This document shows, one piece after another, positions 25,730 to 37,173 of a stretch of DNA of 64,000 nt; position 1 is the stretch's first letter; each line of letters starts with the position of its first letter. Both the position numbers and the translations under genes were made by a program. The stretch is taken from positions 1-64,000 of the forward strand of contig JBBQRQ010000011.1 in assembly GCA_038214755.1 (NCBI GenBank), written 5' to 3'. The DNA is from Verrucomicrobiota bacterium (GTDB lineage: Bacteria > Verrucomicrobiota > Verrucomicrobiia > Limisphaerales > CANJXF01). The notes beneath the pieces are model-generated. The model saw nothing but the letters and a program-made list of their open reading frames with translations, was not told the DNA's origin and did no database searches.

Positions 25730-26433
25730 ACTTACGCGGATTTTCGCTGGCAGTGTAGGGGCTGGACTTTTTTAGAGTATGCTGGCTATTTGATTCTTGG
25801 AGGAAGACTGTTTCTCTTCACCCTGGCATTCAAAAGACATTATCTCTCATTGGGTGCCACATCGCCTCGTCTTGTTTTCGTTGGTGCTCGCATCCTTGTG
25901 ACGTCGGGACAACAACGGCTTCATTGCTCCTATCGAATTTGATTCCGTCACCAGGCAACGTCATGCGCTACGATTTATTGCGGAGAGAGATCACGTGCGC
26001 ATTGCCCGCTTCCAGTGAAGCCTGGAACTCGCATCGTGATTTTTTTCCCAGGCAACCTCGAACAAATCGGGCAGGCCGCGCGAAATTTATGAACAGCCGA
26101 CCAATAAATTCGTTGCGCATTTGTCGGAGTGATGGACGTCCTCGAACTTGAAGTGTTGCGAAGAATTTCAATTCATTTAAGCAGGCGAACCAAGCAAGAC
26201 TCTGCATACCTGTTTCTTCGAGTACCATGCTGATATTGGAGTCAGAACTTCACAGTGGCCTGATCCTGCGTTCGCACATAAGCAAAAAGATTATGTTGCC
26301 GGGGGGACTGGTCAATGGAAAAAAGGTTCCTTCCAAATTCGCACCTGCCGGACTATGTCGAAGGAGAACGAGCGCCTCGGGGGAAGAAGCGACAACCTCT
26401 TACAAATTTATTGCCTAATATTGGTGAAGGTAT

Positions 26434-27312
26434 TTAGGGTCCCTTTTTTGCAGAGGTGCGGTTTGTTAGCCAATTCCAGTCCCGATCAAGGCCGGCTGTA
26501 GTCCAGTGACCACCGGGAAGGGTGTAGTTATATTTATAAGGAACATTGATGAGACCTAATCCATTCCCTGTGAAAGGAAGGTTCTTTTCAACCCAAACCC
26601 GTTTCTCCCCGTGGCCATCGGCAAAGGAAAAGCAATTACCCCTTTTCCCATGATAGGCGGCTGGAATGTCCGGATAGTCGTGACCATTCAGGCCCATTTG
26701 CAAAAAACCATCGTTCATCGTAGCCATACTCTCGTCGCAAAAAATAAATGCATCGCCAGGCTTTGGATTAGTGAGGTCACTAGCCTTGACATATACTCGC
26801 CATCCTTTGTTATAGGCGCCATCCCCGATCGCAGCAGGTGGAGGAGGATAATAAGCGGCTCCCATATTGCCATTCATGGAGACAGAACGAATTCTTATCC
26901 CATTGTCGGATGGAATGTTGTCTGCCGGACAACCATACACCTTAACTTGTCCGTTCAAAAATGGTCCCAGCAATGCACTGCGATAAACCTCCGCGTTCGT
27001 ATTGGCTTGCTGACTGGCCCAATTCACCCCTAAGCCGCTACACCAGGTTTTATCGTAATCGGCTGAACCGAGGTTCCCATTAGGAACGAGATAATTGCGG
27101 TTATCTCCAGAATACATTTCGCAGGCGATTGCCATTTGCTTCTTGTTGTTCAGGCATTGCGTTGTGAGTGCCGCCACTTTGGCCTTGGCCAAAGCTGGCA
27201 AGAGCAGCCCAGCCAGGATGGCAATAATGGCGATAACTACGAGTAGCTCAATCAACGTGAAGGCAACGGTTCCCTTTAGACGAAGATGGCGAAGGCATGA
27301 AGTTCTTTCCAT
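26434..27312 (-). CDS. Prepilin-type / H-X9-DG-like protein (DUF1559-like)
   Basis: Likely start [50 protein letters not shown]. Confidence 0.9.
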   Translation of the reverse strand: MERTSCLRHLRLKGTVAFTLIELLVVIAIIAILAGLLLPALAKAKVAALTTQCLNNKKQMAIACEMYSGDNRNYLVPNGNLGSADYDKTWCSGLGVNWASQQANTNAEVYRSALLGPFLNGQVKVYGCPADNIPSDNGIRIRSVSMNGNMGAAYYPPPPAAIGDGAYNKGWRVYVKASDLTNPKPGDAFIFCDESMATMNDGFLQMGLNGHDYPDIPAAYHGKRGNCFSFADGHGEKRVWVEKNLPFTGNGLGLINVPYKYNYTLPGGHWTTAGLDRDWNWLTNRTSAKKGP

Positions 27313-27356
27313 AAACTTGTTTATATTGCTTGGCGGAAGCGACCAACAGCCCCGCA

Positions 27357-30300
27357 TCAATTATTGTGCTGTAGCCGATAAAACATATTACTGCCGCCCA
27401 GCGGCGCGGTGACTTGGAATGTTCCAGCTCCCGCCGTGATAAACGATGCGGCTGTATTCGTCGTATAAGGTCCCGTCACCACGGTGGAACTTAACAATTT
27501 GAACGCATTGGTGGTGTCGAAAATGTTGGTGCTGACAAAGGACATCATCACATTAGTGCCGACGATAGTAACAGTAGGTGGCGAGAAGGTCGGCGACGGA
27601 ATGAAAACAAACAGTGTTCCGGTAGTGCTGGTGGTGCTTCCCACGACATTGGTCACACCAACGGTATAATTTACGGCATCCGCTAACGTGATGTTTGATA
27701 TGCTCAAAGTGGTGTTCGTTGCGCCGGAATAATGAGTGCCATTGGATACATTGACCCCGTTAGTCTTCCATCGGTAGGTAAACGGCGGTGTTCCAGCGGG
27801 AGCCGACACGGTGAATGTGGCGGTGGAACCCCAGAGGTTGGTTTGGCTCGCGGGAGAAACTACCGCGCCGGAAGGCAGATCGGCGAAAGACAAGGTCGCT
27901 GAGACGGTAACCGAGCCGGATGCATTGCCGACGATAACGGAATAGGTTAGGGCCGCGTCAGCCGCCTGAGCGTTGGTAATAACCAGAGTGTTCGCCGTGA
28001 CGCCGGAGTAGTGCGCGCTGTTGGTCAAACTGACGCCATTAGTTTGCCATTGAAATGAGGTAGGCGCAGCGGGACCGACCGCCGTCACAATGAACCTCGC
28101 ATTCGCCCCTGGATTCGTAACTACGTTCGGCGGTGGCGGAACGACTTCTAGAGTAGCGACCAGACTGGTAACTGATCCTGCGGAATCGCTAAATACAGCA
28201 TAATAGTTTGTGGCGATTGCGGCAGTGGCATTGTTCAGCAATAGCGTATCGGTGAATGAAGTGGCATTAACAGAATTGGTCTGCAGTGGAACGACCGCTG
28301 CCGTTCCTGTTCCTTTATACCATACATTCGTAATGGGCGCCGTCCCGAGCGTCGCGGATGAAGTAAAGGACACATTTGCTCCTTGGGTCACAATCAGGCT
28401 GATCGGCTGATTCGTAATGAATGGGGAAAGCTCCACCACCCGCACGTTGGAATAATAAACGAATTGACTAGTCGGGTCGCCCAAATCTTTAACCGGATCA
28501 AGGTAACCCAGCATAATCGTTCCGTTGGTGAAGATAGTCGTATTAGCATAAGTGGCGAGCACTTGCGAACGGTCTATGAAAAGACTGATGTTGGTTTGTC
28601 TCGTCTGTTCGAGGCTGACATCAACCCATTGGTTGACCGGACTTCCGCCGATGCGGCTCGCCGCCGTGTCCTGGGACACGAATGGCGGATGCTTGAAAAC
28701 TCCGGCTTGGGAAAGAGCGGTATTGCTGACCGGTTCGACGGAACCACCGTTGGGCAAGGTCTGGCCGGTGAATCCGTCATAATCCGCAGGAGTTATTGAG
28801 CCAGCGCCAGCGTTGACGACGGACCAAGCGCCGTCAATGTTGGTCGTACCGCTACCGCCTGTTAGTGCTGTCACGGGGGTGGTCGGTTTCCAATTGCAAT
28901 TTGTGCCGCGGTGGTTAAGACCAAACATGGCAAACTCATTGGGAGTGCTGCCTGGAGCCGAGTTATTTATCGCATTCGCTTGAAGCGAAAGATACATTTG
29001 AAAGCGCAAGGCATAATTGCCGGTAAAAGTCCGACCCTGGGGATAGAGGTTAACTCCTGCGGGAGATGGAAAAGAGAAGTCCTTGTTCACGGTCATCCGC
29101 AATGCCGTGGTCCAACCGTTGGCGGCCATGACCGGGGATGGTGGAACTCCGTCGCTGGCCACCGGGTTGCCGAACGTCACGTCGAAGTTATTGGTTCCAC
29201 CAGCATCGGAAGGGTCGGGTCGGACGTTGGCATAATTAGTAATGACGACGGGCAGTTGGGTGGTGGCACCCAGGTTCGTGCTGGCAAAGGTCAGAGTCCA
29301 GTTCGTGCTATCTAGTGAGTTCGTCATGGGATTAGACCACAGAACGACCTCTGGGCCGACGGTATTATCAAGCTCGGTTAAAGTTACTGTAGGGGGGGCG
29401 ACGGTATAGGCCTTACCTTCTGCACTGGTTAGATTGGTGTTCGAGACGGCATTGGTGAGGCTTATGATAACCGTGACATTGGTTGGAAGCGCGGTGAGGT
29501 TGGCATGGGCGACTGGGTTTCCGACAATGTTAGTAATGATAATATCGCCAGGATTAATAATGATCCCTGGCTCGCCGTTAACTGGCACTTCCGTGCCGGG
29601 GGCGGTCTTCCTCTGCGCGCGAGCGGCGTAGTCCGTCGGGAAGATTGCCGTGCCAGTATAGAAAAAATTGGTGACCGTATAAGCGGTAGGGGTAACACTG
29701 CCCACACCATTGCCTGGGCCATTAAGATCTCCCGTCCGGGTGATGATAAAATTGGCATAATCGCCCGGGATTCCCCGGTTCATGGTCGCACCGAGAGCTG
29801 CGGACGCAGCGGACAAGGTGAGTAATTGCGGGCCAGTGTTCAAGATAGAAACGGTGCCGAGGAGAGGAGCTGCCGCTGTGTAAGTCGCACCGCCACTAAC
29901 TCGTAGTGTTACCGGAAGGGTAGGGCCGATCACCGGAGTGGCGGTGGGAGTCACAATAATAACCTGCGACCAGTTACCGCCACCCGGGAAATCGCCCGCA
30001 GGGAAAGTGACGGTATTAGATGTGACGATGATGCCGTTAAGGGCATTGTTGGTATTAAGGGTGTAATTGCTCAAATAGACAGCCGTGCCACCGAGCGTAT
30101 AATTAACTACCACAGGCCCGATCAGATGATTGGTCGTGAGAGTAATCGTGAAAACGCCTGGAATCGGAGTGCCGGGAGTCGCGTTGTTGATGTAATTCTG
30201 CGAGGCTGTAGGCGTGGTGGCAACCACTGAGGCGCTCACCGCCGGCAGGATCAATTGAAAACTGCCATTGGTGCCGGTGAAGTCATTGCTCGTGACGCAC

Positions 30301-31670
30301 GTCGTGGTAATCCCCAAAGAATAAATCCGCAAGAGACCTTGGAACTGACTGTAAACGTAAAGGTTGTTCGCCGCGTCCCAATCCATTCCTCCGCGAGCAT
30401 TTTGAAGACCGAGAGTGCCAGTAGTGTTATTATAGGGAGTATTTGGTATGTTGAAGATGCTGCTTTCGTCGGGAATGCCGTCAATCAAACTTGCAATCGT
30501 AATGCCAAAATTAAAATCCAGAGAGGCCAAATAGCGCCCATCAGGAGAGACTCTGACTCCCCCGTATGTTCCAACCGCTCCACCGAAGCCACGGATACCA
30601 TTCCAGAGGTCGGCTCCATCGTGCAGTGAATCGTAAAGCTTTGTTGTGCCCGTGGGGTCAAGAATCTGAATGTCGCCATTGGAAAAATTAGCGCGCCCGA
30701 ACCCACCAATGATCTTACCATCTTTTCCAAGTTCCACTTCCACCCGCAACCCCGCAATTGAATCAAGACCTAGCGTGTAAGCGTAATTCGGCGGGTTGTT
30801 CCAAGGCAGCGGACCGGCGCCAATATCATAACGGTAAATACAGTTGAAAGAGCCGCGGAACGTTCCCGGACCGAGCACAAGGCTTGGAGCAATTGTTGCA
30901 TTTGGCACAGCCAACGATGCATCCCCAGTCCAGAGCACCAGATTGCCCGCTGCCAACGACCCCGTCATTAATGGTGTGCTATGGGAGAAGTCGGAGTGAA
31001 TTCCAGCCGCCGCCGCCGCCGTTTGCCCGATGATTGACAGCACCAGGTTGGAGTCACTCAAATCAGGTTTGAATTGCCAAAGAGCAGCCGCAGCCGTCGA
31101 GAAATCGTTCACCAAAAGCGTATTATCGGGAGCCACGCGCATTCGCCACGGACCCACGCCGCCCGATCCGGCAAAAGTTGAGGTGGCCGTGGCGTTGGTA
31201 CCTTTGCCCAAGGCCTCCGTCTGGTCCGCGTTAAGGGCGTAAAGTCCTATGCCTTTATTGTTGGGGGTTGTTCCACCAACAAGACCATTGCCAGCATAGA
31301 TGCGCCCGAATGAATTACCGAGCTTGGGGTTTTGATTTACTCCGACGCCGCGCGGCGAGTTCCATACAGAAAACTGAGCTGTGTCCGTGCTGATGAGCGA
31401 CGGCGTACCATTGCCAATCTTGGTGACGATAATTGAATAGCTGGTGTGGGCACCCAATGGGAATGATTGAGCGCCTCTCGCGAGCACTCCCATCGCGTTA
31501 GTGGTACTATCCTCGAAGACAACATTCACGGTGCCGCCGCCTTCGTTCAAGATGAATTGAATGTTGCCGCCGTTGTTGGTGATACCGGAAGCGTAAGGAT
31601 GCGCCTTCGCGGCAATAATGGGCAGGAACAACAGGGCAAACAGGCAAATGCGGGAGAGGAATGTCTTCAT
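27357..31670 (-). CDS. Large secreted protein paralogous to 22576-25680, with three extra Ig (I-set-like) domains and C-terminal FYR domain
   Basis: [23 protein letters not shown] signal; [24 protein letters not shown] Ig motifs; ends [10 protein letters not shown]. Confidence 0.8.
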   Translation of the reverse strand: MKTFLSRICLFALLFLPIIAAKAHPYASGITNNGGNIQFILNEGGGTVNVVFEDSTTNAMGVLARGAQSFPLGAHTSYSIIVTKIGNGTPSLISTDTAQFSVWNSPRGVGVNQNPKLGNSFGRIYAGNGLVGGTTPNNKGIGLYALNADQTEALGKGTNATATSTFAGSGGVGPWRMRVAPDNTLLVNDFSTAAAALWQFKPDLSDSNLVLSIIGQTAAAAAGIHSDFSHSTPLMTGSLAAGNLVLWTGDASLAVPNATIAPSLVLGPGTFRGSFNCIYRYDIGAGPLPWNNPPNYAYTLGLDSIAGLRVEVELGKDGKIIGGFGRANFSNGDIQILDPTGTTKLYDSLHDGADLWNGIRGFGGAVGTYGGVRVSPDGRYLASLDFNFGITIASLIDGIPDESSIFNIPNTPYNNTTGTLGLQNARGGMDWDAANNLYVYSQFQGLLRIYSLGITTTCVTSNDFTGTNGSFQLILPAVSASVVATTPTASQNYINNATPGTPIPGVFTITLTTNHLIGPVVVNYTLGGTAVYLSNYTLNTNNALNGIIVTSNTVTFPAGDFPGGGNWSQVIIVTPTATPVIGPTLPVTLRVSGGATYTAAAPLLGTVSILNTGPQLLTLSAASAALGATMNRGIPGDYANFIITRTGDLNGPGNGVGSVTPTAYTVTNFFYTGTAIFPTDYAARAQRKTAPGTEVPVNGEPGIIINPGDIIITNIVGNPVAHANLTALPTNVTVIISLTNAVSNTNLTSAEGKAYTVAPPTVTLTELDNTVGPEVVLWSNPMTNSLDSTNWTLTFASTNLGATTQLPVVITNYANVRPDPSDAGGTNNFDVTFGNPVASDGVPPSPVMAANGWTTALRMTVNKDFSFPSPAGVNLYPQGRTFTGNYALRFQMYLSLQANAINNSAPGSTPNEFAMFGLNHRGTNCNWKPTTPVTALTGGSGTTNIDGAWSVVNAGAGSITPADYDGFTGQTLPNGGSVEPVSNTALSQAGVFKHPPFVSQDTAASRIGGSPVNQWVDVSLEQTRQTNISLFIDRSQVLATYANTTIFTNGTIMLGYLDPVKDLGDPTSQFVYYSNVRVVELSPFITNQPISLIVTQGANVSFTSSATLGTAPITNVWYKGTGTAAVVPLQTNSVNATSFTDTLLLNNATAAIATNYYAVFSDSAGSVTSLVATLEVVPPPPNVVTNPGANARFIVTAVGPAAPTSFQWQTNGVSLTNSAHYSGVTANTLVITNAQAADAALTYSVIVGNASGSVTVSATLSFADLPSGAVVSPASQTNLWGSTATFTVSAPAGTPPFTYRWKTNGVNVSNGTHYSGATNTTLSISNITLADAVNYTVGVTNVVGSTTSTTGTLFVFIPSPTFSPPTVTIVGTNVMMSFVSTNIFDTTNAFKLLSSTVVTGPYTTNTAASFITAGAGTFQVTAPLGGSNMFYRLQHNN

Positions 31671-31821
31671 AAGGATAGAGGTTTGTTTTTTTCTAAATGC
31701 TAAGGAATTTTTTAAGAATAGCACTCAGTACTTTTGAGTTAAATAAGCAGAAACTTTTTTGTCAATCGCGAAATTCATATTTTTGGGCAAAGGCGCGGTT
31801 CCGGTGAGCCATGTAATTCGG

Positions 31822-32100
31822 TTAAGACCGACGCCCGGACGATGAAGGTCCGCGTTGCTGAAATTTTTCCTCAAACTTCTTCCGATCTCTCTCCAACAAT
31901 TCCAGAATCGCCAGATTCACATCGTCGCTGGTCTTCGGGAATTTCAAAACGATTTGCACATTGGTCAGCCGTTTCTGCTCAATGAACCGCAGGGCGCGAG
32001 ACGTGTGTTTGAAATCCCTCGCTGCCTCAGGGTTTTGCGTCGCCGAATCCTCTCCCCTCAAATAGAGATGGGAAATGATGCTCTGGATCAGCACGCGCAT
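31822..32100 (-). CDS. Small hypothetical protein
   Basis: MRVLIQSIISHLYLRG...ARDFKHTSRALRFIEQKRLTNVQIVLKF; protein-like composition and a promoter-like sequence upstream. Confidence 0.6.
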   Translation of the reverse strand: MRVLIQSIISHLYLRGEDSATQNPEAARDFKHTSRALRFIEQKRLTNVQIVLKFPKTSDDVNLAILELLERDRKKFEEKFQQRGPSSSGRRS

Positions 32101-32215
32101 GGGGCGATTCTCTTGCCCGTTCTCGTTCATACAAGAAAAAAGCGGCGCGAGAATCCTTAAGCTGCCATGCCGGGAAACACCATCTCATCTCGGAAAAAAC
32201 TCTCGGGACGATCAA

Positions 32216-32392
32216 GCTCAAAATGCGAAATCCGAATGCCGAAATCCGAAAGAACCCGGAATCCGAAATCCGAAATCGCATTTAGGGCCGTCGGCACAGA
32301 AATGCGTTTCGCGCTTGTTCAGACTGGGCGCCTTCGGTCTTCGGCATTCGGATTTCTTTCGACATTCGGATTTCGAACTTCGGATTTTGAGC
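32216..32392. repeat. Heptamer-array inverted-repeat element
   Basis: GCTCAAAAT...ATTTTGAGC outer inverted repeat around (AATCCGA)n / (TCGGATT)n arms with AAAGAA/TTCTTT core. Confidence 0.85.
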
Positions 32393-32493
32393 TCGGCCCT
32401 TCCCTCGTCGGGTTCCTTCTTTCCGTTTGAAAACTTGCGCTTTGCTTATCGCTCGAAGAACTTTTCTTTGCTAAAAAAACTCGCGCCACCATC

Positions 32494-34203
32494 ATGCGAC
32501 ATCTTCAACAAAAACTGGCCGTCGCTCGCGGAGAACGAATTGCCGAAGTTGTTTTTCGCAACGCCAATCTCGTCAATGTTCTCAGCGGCGAAATTTATCG
32601 CGAACACATCGCGGTTGACGACGGACGCGTGGTTGGACTCGGTAATTACGAAGGAAAAAAAATCATCGATCTCGACGGCGCTTATCTTGCGCCGAGTTTT
32701 ATCGACGGCCATTTTCACGTCGAAAGCACGATGCTCACTGTGCCGGAATTTACGCGCGCCGCTGTTCCGCACGGCACCGGCGCAATGGTGATTGACCCGC
32801 ACGAATACGCCAATGTCCTCGGCCTCGACGGTATTCGCTACGTTTTGGAATCGAGCAAAAATCTGCCCATCGATTTTTTTATTATGCTGCCTTCGTGTGT
32901 TCCCGCCACGCATTTGGAATCCGCCGGCGCAAAACTCACGGCGAAAGATTTGGCTTCCATGATTGATGACGAGCGCATCGCCGGGATCGCAGAACTGATG
33001 AATTATCCGGGTGTTTTCTTGGGGACAAAAAGCGAACTAGCAAAAATCGACGCGGGCAAAGGCAAAGCGATTGATGGACATGCCCCCGGTTTGCGGGGAA
33101 AGAATCTCAACGCCTACGCGCTGGCGGGAATTCGTTCCGATCACGAAAGCACGGATGTCGATGAGGCGCGGGAAAAACTTCGGCTCGGTTTGCACCTGCT
33201 CATTCGCGAAGGCAGCACCGAACGAAATCTCGAACACCTTATTTCGCTCGTCACTCCGCAAAATTCCGTTAATTGCTCCTTCGCCACCGATGACAAACTG
33301 GCGGGCGATTTGGTGGCCGAAGGTCACATCGACCATTCCGTTCGCAAAGCGATCAAACTTGGGATTGCGCCGATCACGGCCATGCAAATGGGGACGATCA
33401 ATACCGCGCGGCATTATCGTTTGAAAAATCTCGGCGCGATTGCCCCGCGATTTTGGGCGGACTTCGTTGTGTTCGAAGATTTGAAAAAAATCGTGATCAA
33501 ACAAACTTACAAAAAAGGTTTGTTGGTCGCGGAGAATGGAAAATATCTCGGCCCAATGCCCTCGTCTGTTCCGCGCTCGCGCAACGCGATGAACCTGCGT
33601 TATTCGCCAAAAAATTTTCAGGTCAAAGCCAACGGCGCAAAAAAAATCAGAGTCATCGAAATTATCCCGCAACAAATCGTCACGCGGTCCACGAGCGCCA
33701 TTCCGAAAATTGAACAGGGCGAAATCGTTTCCGACATCGAACGCGATATTTTAAAACTCGTCGTTGTTGAGCGACATCACGCCACCGGAAATGTCGGCGT
33801 CGGTTTTGTGCGCGGATTTAAAATGAAGCGCGGCGCGCTCGGTTCGACCGTGGCGCACGACGCACACAATGTGGTCGTCGTCGGCACGAATGATCGCGAC
33901 ATTCTTCTCGCGATTCAATCGCTGGAAAAAATGCGCGGTGGCCAGGTCGCTGTCGCCGATGGGAAAATTCTTTCCGCGCTCGAACTTCCGATTGCCGGAT
34001 TGGTTTCCGATCAACCGCTGGAAAAGGTCATAAAAAAAATCGATGCACTCAATGCCGCCGCAAAAAAACTGGGCTGTGATCTGGACGCTCCGTTCATGAG
34101 CCTTTCGTTTCTGAGCCTGTCTCCCATTCCCGAATTGAAATTGAGCGACCAGGGTTTGATCGACGCGGTGAATATGAAGATCATTGATTTGATCGAGGCG
34201 TAA
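32494..34203 (+). CDS. ade: Adenine deaminase
   Basis: FIDGHFHVES, DPHEYANV, PSCVPAT, AELMNYPG, IDGHAPG, DHES, IREGS, VAHDAHN, SLSPIPELK. Confidence 0.95.
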   Translation: MRHLQQKLAVARGERIAEVVFRNANLVNVLSGEIYREHIAVDDGRVVGLGNYEGKKIIDLDGAYLAPSFIDGHFHVESTMLTVPEFTRAAVPHGTGAMVIDPHEYANVLGLDGIRYVLESSKNLPIDFFIMLPSCVPATHLESAGAKLTAKDLASMIDDERIAGIAELMNYPGVFLGTKSELAKIDAGKGKAIDGHAPGLRGKNLNAYALAGIRSDHESTDVDEAREKLRLGLHLLIREGSTERNLEHLISLVTPQNSVNCSFATDDKLAGDLVAEGHIDHSVRKAIKLGIAPITAMQMGTINTARHYRLKNLGAIAPRFWADFVVFEDLKKIVIKQTYKKGLLVAENGKYLGPMPSSVPRSRNAMNLRYSPKNFQVKANGAKKIRVIEIIPQQIVTRSTSAIPKIEQGEIVSDIERDILKLVVVERHHATGNVGVGFVRGFKMKRGALGSTVAHDAHNVVVVGTNDRDILLAIQSLEKMRGGQVAVADGKILSALELPIAGLVSDQPLEKVIKKIDALNAAAKKLGCDLDAPFMSLSFLSLSPIPELKLSDQGLIDAVNMKIIDLIEA

Positions 34204-34206
34204 ACT

Positions 34207-34368
34207 GAAATCCGAAATCCGAATCGCCGAAATCCGAAAGAAGCTCGAAATCCGAATACCGAAAACGACTTCCGCCAGCGCGCAAAAAAGTGCTTTTCCG
34301 CACGCACAGTTCCGCAGCAACTTCGGCCTTCGGGCTTCGGATTTCTTTCGGATTTCGGATTTCGGATT
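34207..34368. repeat. Heptamer-array inverted-repeat element
   Basis: Begins 3 nt after the ade stop; same arm-core-spacer design; spacer resembles those at 37000 and 58780. Confidence 0.85.
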
Positions 34369-34465
34369 AAAAGTAGCGGTGTCCTATCGTGGCGCGTCTG
34401 TGATCGCTGCTGAATTTTCTGGCGTCGAGAGAATTCTGTTCAAACCTGAATTTTGCATTAGAGTC

Positions 34466-34726
34466 GTGGCGCAACGCCGGAGAAGCATTACAACTCTGCC
34501 AACTGCTGTATCGCGCGACTCGCAATTGACAACGCGCTGGATGGGGCGATGTCCTGCGGGTTGCAAACCCGCGATACGGCAGGTTAAAAACCTGCGCTAC
34601 GGGGCGCGTCTTTGGCCGTAGCGCAGCTTTGCAAGCTGCTGTATCGCCGGTTTGCAACCGGCAGGGCGTCGCGACATCCTGCGGGTTGCAAACCCGCGAT
34701 ACGGCAGGTTAAAAACCTGCGCTACG
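34466..34726. repeat. Two tandem double-hairpin REPIN-like elements
   Basis: 50-bp exact direct repeat TCCTGCGGGTTGCAAACCCGCGATACGGCAGGTTAAAAACCTGCGCTACG at 34552-34601 and 34677-34726. Confidence 0.8.
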
Positions 34727-34745
34727 CCATGTCGTGAAAAATTGA

Positions 34746-36989
34746 ATGAGACAATCGCTCTTCGACAAAACCATCGTCACCACGTTAGCTTTCGCGTCCG
34801 TCATTTTTGCGGTCGATCTGGTTGTTCCGGCGGGCATAGGCGAGTGGATGCTTTATTTCGTTGTGTTGCTTTTTACACCGCGTTCCCGCCGGCTGCTTTA
34901 CCCCATTTTTTTTGCGGCGCTCTGCACACTGTTCATTGGCGTCGGTTTTTTCTTTCCTGATTTTTCGGGCGCGCCCTTTGATCTGGAATTCGGAATTCAC
35001 CGTCGGCTGATCGCTGTTTTTGTTTTGTGGGCCATCGCGGTGTATCTGGTGCAACGAAAGTTTTCCGAGATGCAACGGCGGGAAAGTCAGAAGAGATTCT
35101 CCGCCTTCCTGAACAACACTTCGACCGTCGCGTGGATGAAGGACGAAAATTTCCGCTACGTTTACACCAACGAACCTTTCCAGAGATTTTTAAAGAAAAA
35201 TCCCGATCAAATTCACGGCAAAACAGATTTCGATTTTTGGCCGGAACAGATCGCCCGCGAGTTGCGCGCCCACGATCAACAGGTCTTCGCTTCGGATAAA
35301 AATCTGGAAACCACCGAAACGATTCCCGATGCTGAGGGCCAAGTTCATCACTGGCTGATCCACAAGTTTCCGTTTCGCGACGCGAAGTCGCACCGGTTTG
35401 TCGGCGGCATGGGGGTCGATCTGACCGGGCAGAAACACGTGGAAGAAGCGTTGCGCAATTCCGAACTGCGCTTTCACTCCGTTTGGAATAGTTCGGCGGA
35501 CTCCATGCGCTTGACGGACAAAGATGGAAAAATTGTCGCCGTCAACCCCGCCTACTGCCGCCTGGTTGGTCTGAGCGAAGCACAAGTGGTCGGCCAATTG
35601 TTTCCCACAACTTATAAATGCGACCTCGAAGAAGTCTTGAAACTTTACCGCGAACGATTTGCCCATCGCACCATTCCGCCGCTGCTGGAACGAACGGTGG
35701 AGTTTCCAAGTGGGAAAATTTTGGAGTTGGAATTTTCCAATTCATTTCTCGATTTCGAGGGACAACCTGCGCTCTGTCTCGCCATTTTCCGGGACGTCAC
35801 TGGTCGCAAGCAACACGAAGATCAACGCCTTGATCTCGAAAGAAAATTGCTTGATGGACAAAAACTGGAAAGTCTCGGCGTGCTGGCGGGAGGCATCGCC
35901 CACGATTTTAATAATTTGCTCACCGGCATTTTGGGAAACGCGGGTCTCTGTTTGATCCAAACTTCCGAAGTCTCTCCCATTCGCCCCTCCCTGGAAAACA
36001 TCGAACACATTTGTCTGCAAGCCGCCGATCTTTGCAAACAAATGCTGGCCTATTCCGGCCACGGCCATTTCATCATTCAAAAAATTGACCTCAATCAACT
36101 CGTGGGAGAGATGACGCAACTTCTGAAAATTTCCATCGCAAAAAAAGTGGTGTTGAAATTTGATCTCGGCGAAAAACTCCCCGCGATCGAGGCCGACGCC
36201 GCGCAAATCCGCCAGGTCTTGATGAATCTCATCATCAACGCCTCCGAGGCCATCGGTGACAGAAACGGTATCATTAGCATCCGAACGGGCGTGACCCACG
36301 CCGATCATTCTTATCTTGCCGAGGCTTATCTTTCACCGGAATTGCCGGAAGGCGATTACGTTTATCTGGAGGTCGCGGACTCGGGCAGCGGGATGAGCGC
36401 CGCGACCCAGGCGAAAATTTTCGATCCATTTTTCACCACGAAATTTACCGGGCGCGGGCTTGGTCTGGCGGCGGTTTTGGGAATCGTGCGCGGTCACAAA
36501 GGCGCTTTGAAAGTTTATAGCGAACCCGGCAAAGGGACGACTTTCAAACTGCTCCTTCCCTGTTGCAGCGCTGAACCGACCATCATCGAACCCGCCAAAA
36601 CGCCGTCAAAAAATTGGCGCGGGAGCGGCACAATCCTCGTGGTCGATGATGAAGAGGGGGTTCGAAAAATCGCGGCGCGAATATTGGAGCTTTTCGGTTT
36701 TTCCACATTGCTGGCGAGTGATGGAAGGGAAGGCGTGGAAATGTTTCGCGCCCATCAAGGAAAAATTTCAGCCGTGATTCTTGACATGACCATGCCGCAT
36801 CTCAATGGCGAAGAAGCCTTCCGGGAAATTCGCCGCATCCGCAGCGACGCGCGCGTGCTGCTGGTCAGCGGCTACAATGAACAGGACGCGACGGATCGGT
36901 TCGCTGGCAAAGGTCTGGATGGCTTCCTGCAAAAACCTTTCAAGCCCGATGAGCTGCGCAACAAGCTCAGGGAAATTTTAGAAAAATAA
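34746..36989 (+). CDS. Hybrid sensor kinase (TM region, two PAS, HisKA, HATPase, REC)
   Basis: AGGIAHDFNNLL, NLIINA, DSGSGM, FDPFFTTK, GLGLA, ILVVDDE, ILDMTMP. Confidence 0.95.
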   Translation: MRQSLFDKTIVTTLAFASVIFAVDLVVPAGIGEWMLYFVVLLFTPRSRRLLYPIFFAALCTLFIGVGFFFPDFSGAPFDLEFGIHRRLIAVFVLWAIAVYLVQRKFSEMQRRESQKRFSAFLNNTSTVAWMKDENFRYVYTNEPFQRFLKKNPDQIHGKTDFDFWPEQIARELRAHDQQVFASDKNLETTETIPDAEGQVHHWLIHKFPFRDAKSHRFVGGMGVDLTGQKHVEEALRNSELRFHSVWNSSADSMRLTDKDGKIVAVNPAYCRLVGLSEAQVVGQLFPTTYKCDLEEVLKLYRERFAHRTIPPLLERTVEFPSGKILELEFSNSFLDFEGQPALCLAIFRDVTGRKQHEDQRLDLERKLLDGQKLESLGVLAGGIAHDFNNLLTGILGNAGLCLIQTSEVSPIRPSLENIEHICLQAADLCKQMLAYSGHGHFIIQKIDLNQLVGEMTQLLKISIAKKVVLKFDLGEKLPAIEADAAQIRQVLMNLIINASEAIGDRNGIISIRTGVTHADHSYLAEAYLSPELPEGDYVYLEVADSGSGMSAATQAKIFDPFFTTKFTGRGLGLAAVLGIVRGHKGALKVYSEPGKGTTFKLLLPCCSAEPTIIEPAKTPSKNWRGSGTILVVDDEEGVRKIAARILELFGFSTLLASDGREGVEMFRAHQGKISAVILDMTMPHLNGEEAFREIRRIRSDARVLLVSGYNEQDATDRFAGKGLDGFLQKPFKPDELRNKLREILEK

Positions 36990-36999
36990 AAGAAGAATC

Positions 37000-37173
37000 A
37001 AAATCCGAAATCCGACTCCCCGAAATCCGAAAGAAATCCGAAACCCGAATACCGAAAAAACGATTCGCGGCCCTCGCCCCAACAAAAGTCTTTTGCCACG
37101 AACCACAGCCGCCGCATTTTCGGGCCTCGGGCTTCGGATTTGTTTCGGATTTCGGATTTCGGCCTTCGGATTT
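37000..37173. repeat. Heptamer-array inverted-repeat element filling a convergent intergenic gap
   Basis: (AAATCCG)n...AAAGAAATCC, spacer, (TTCGGAT)n; right end touches the stop of the 37172 gene. Confidence 0.85.

Noticed and set aside
34552..34726. 50-bp exact direct repeat as a mini CRISPR array
   Set aside because: Only two copies, the intervening DNA contains the complementary REP arm, relatives are dispersed (21352, 50744), and no cas genes are present
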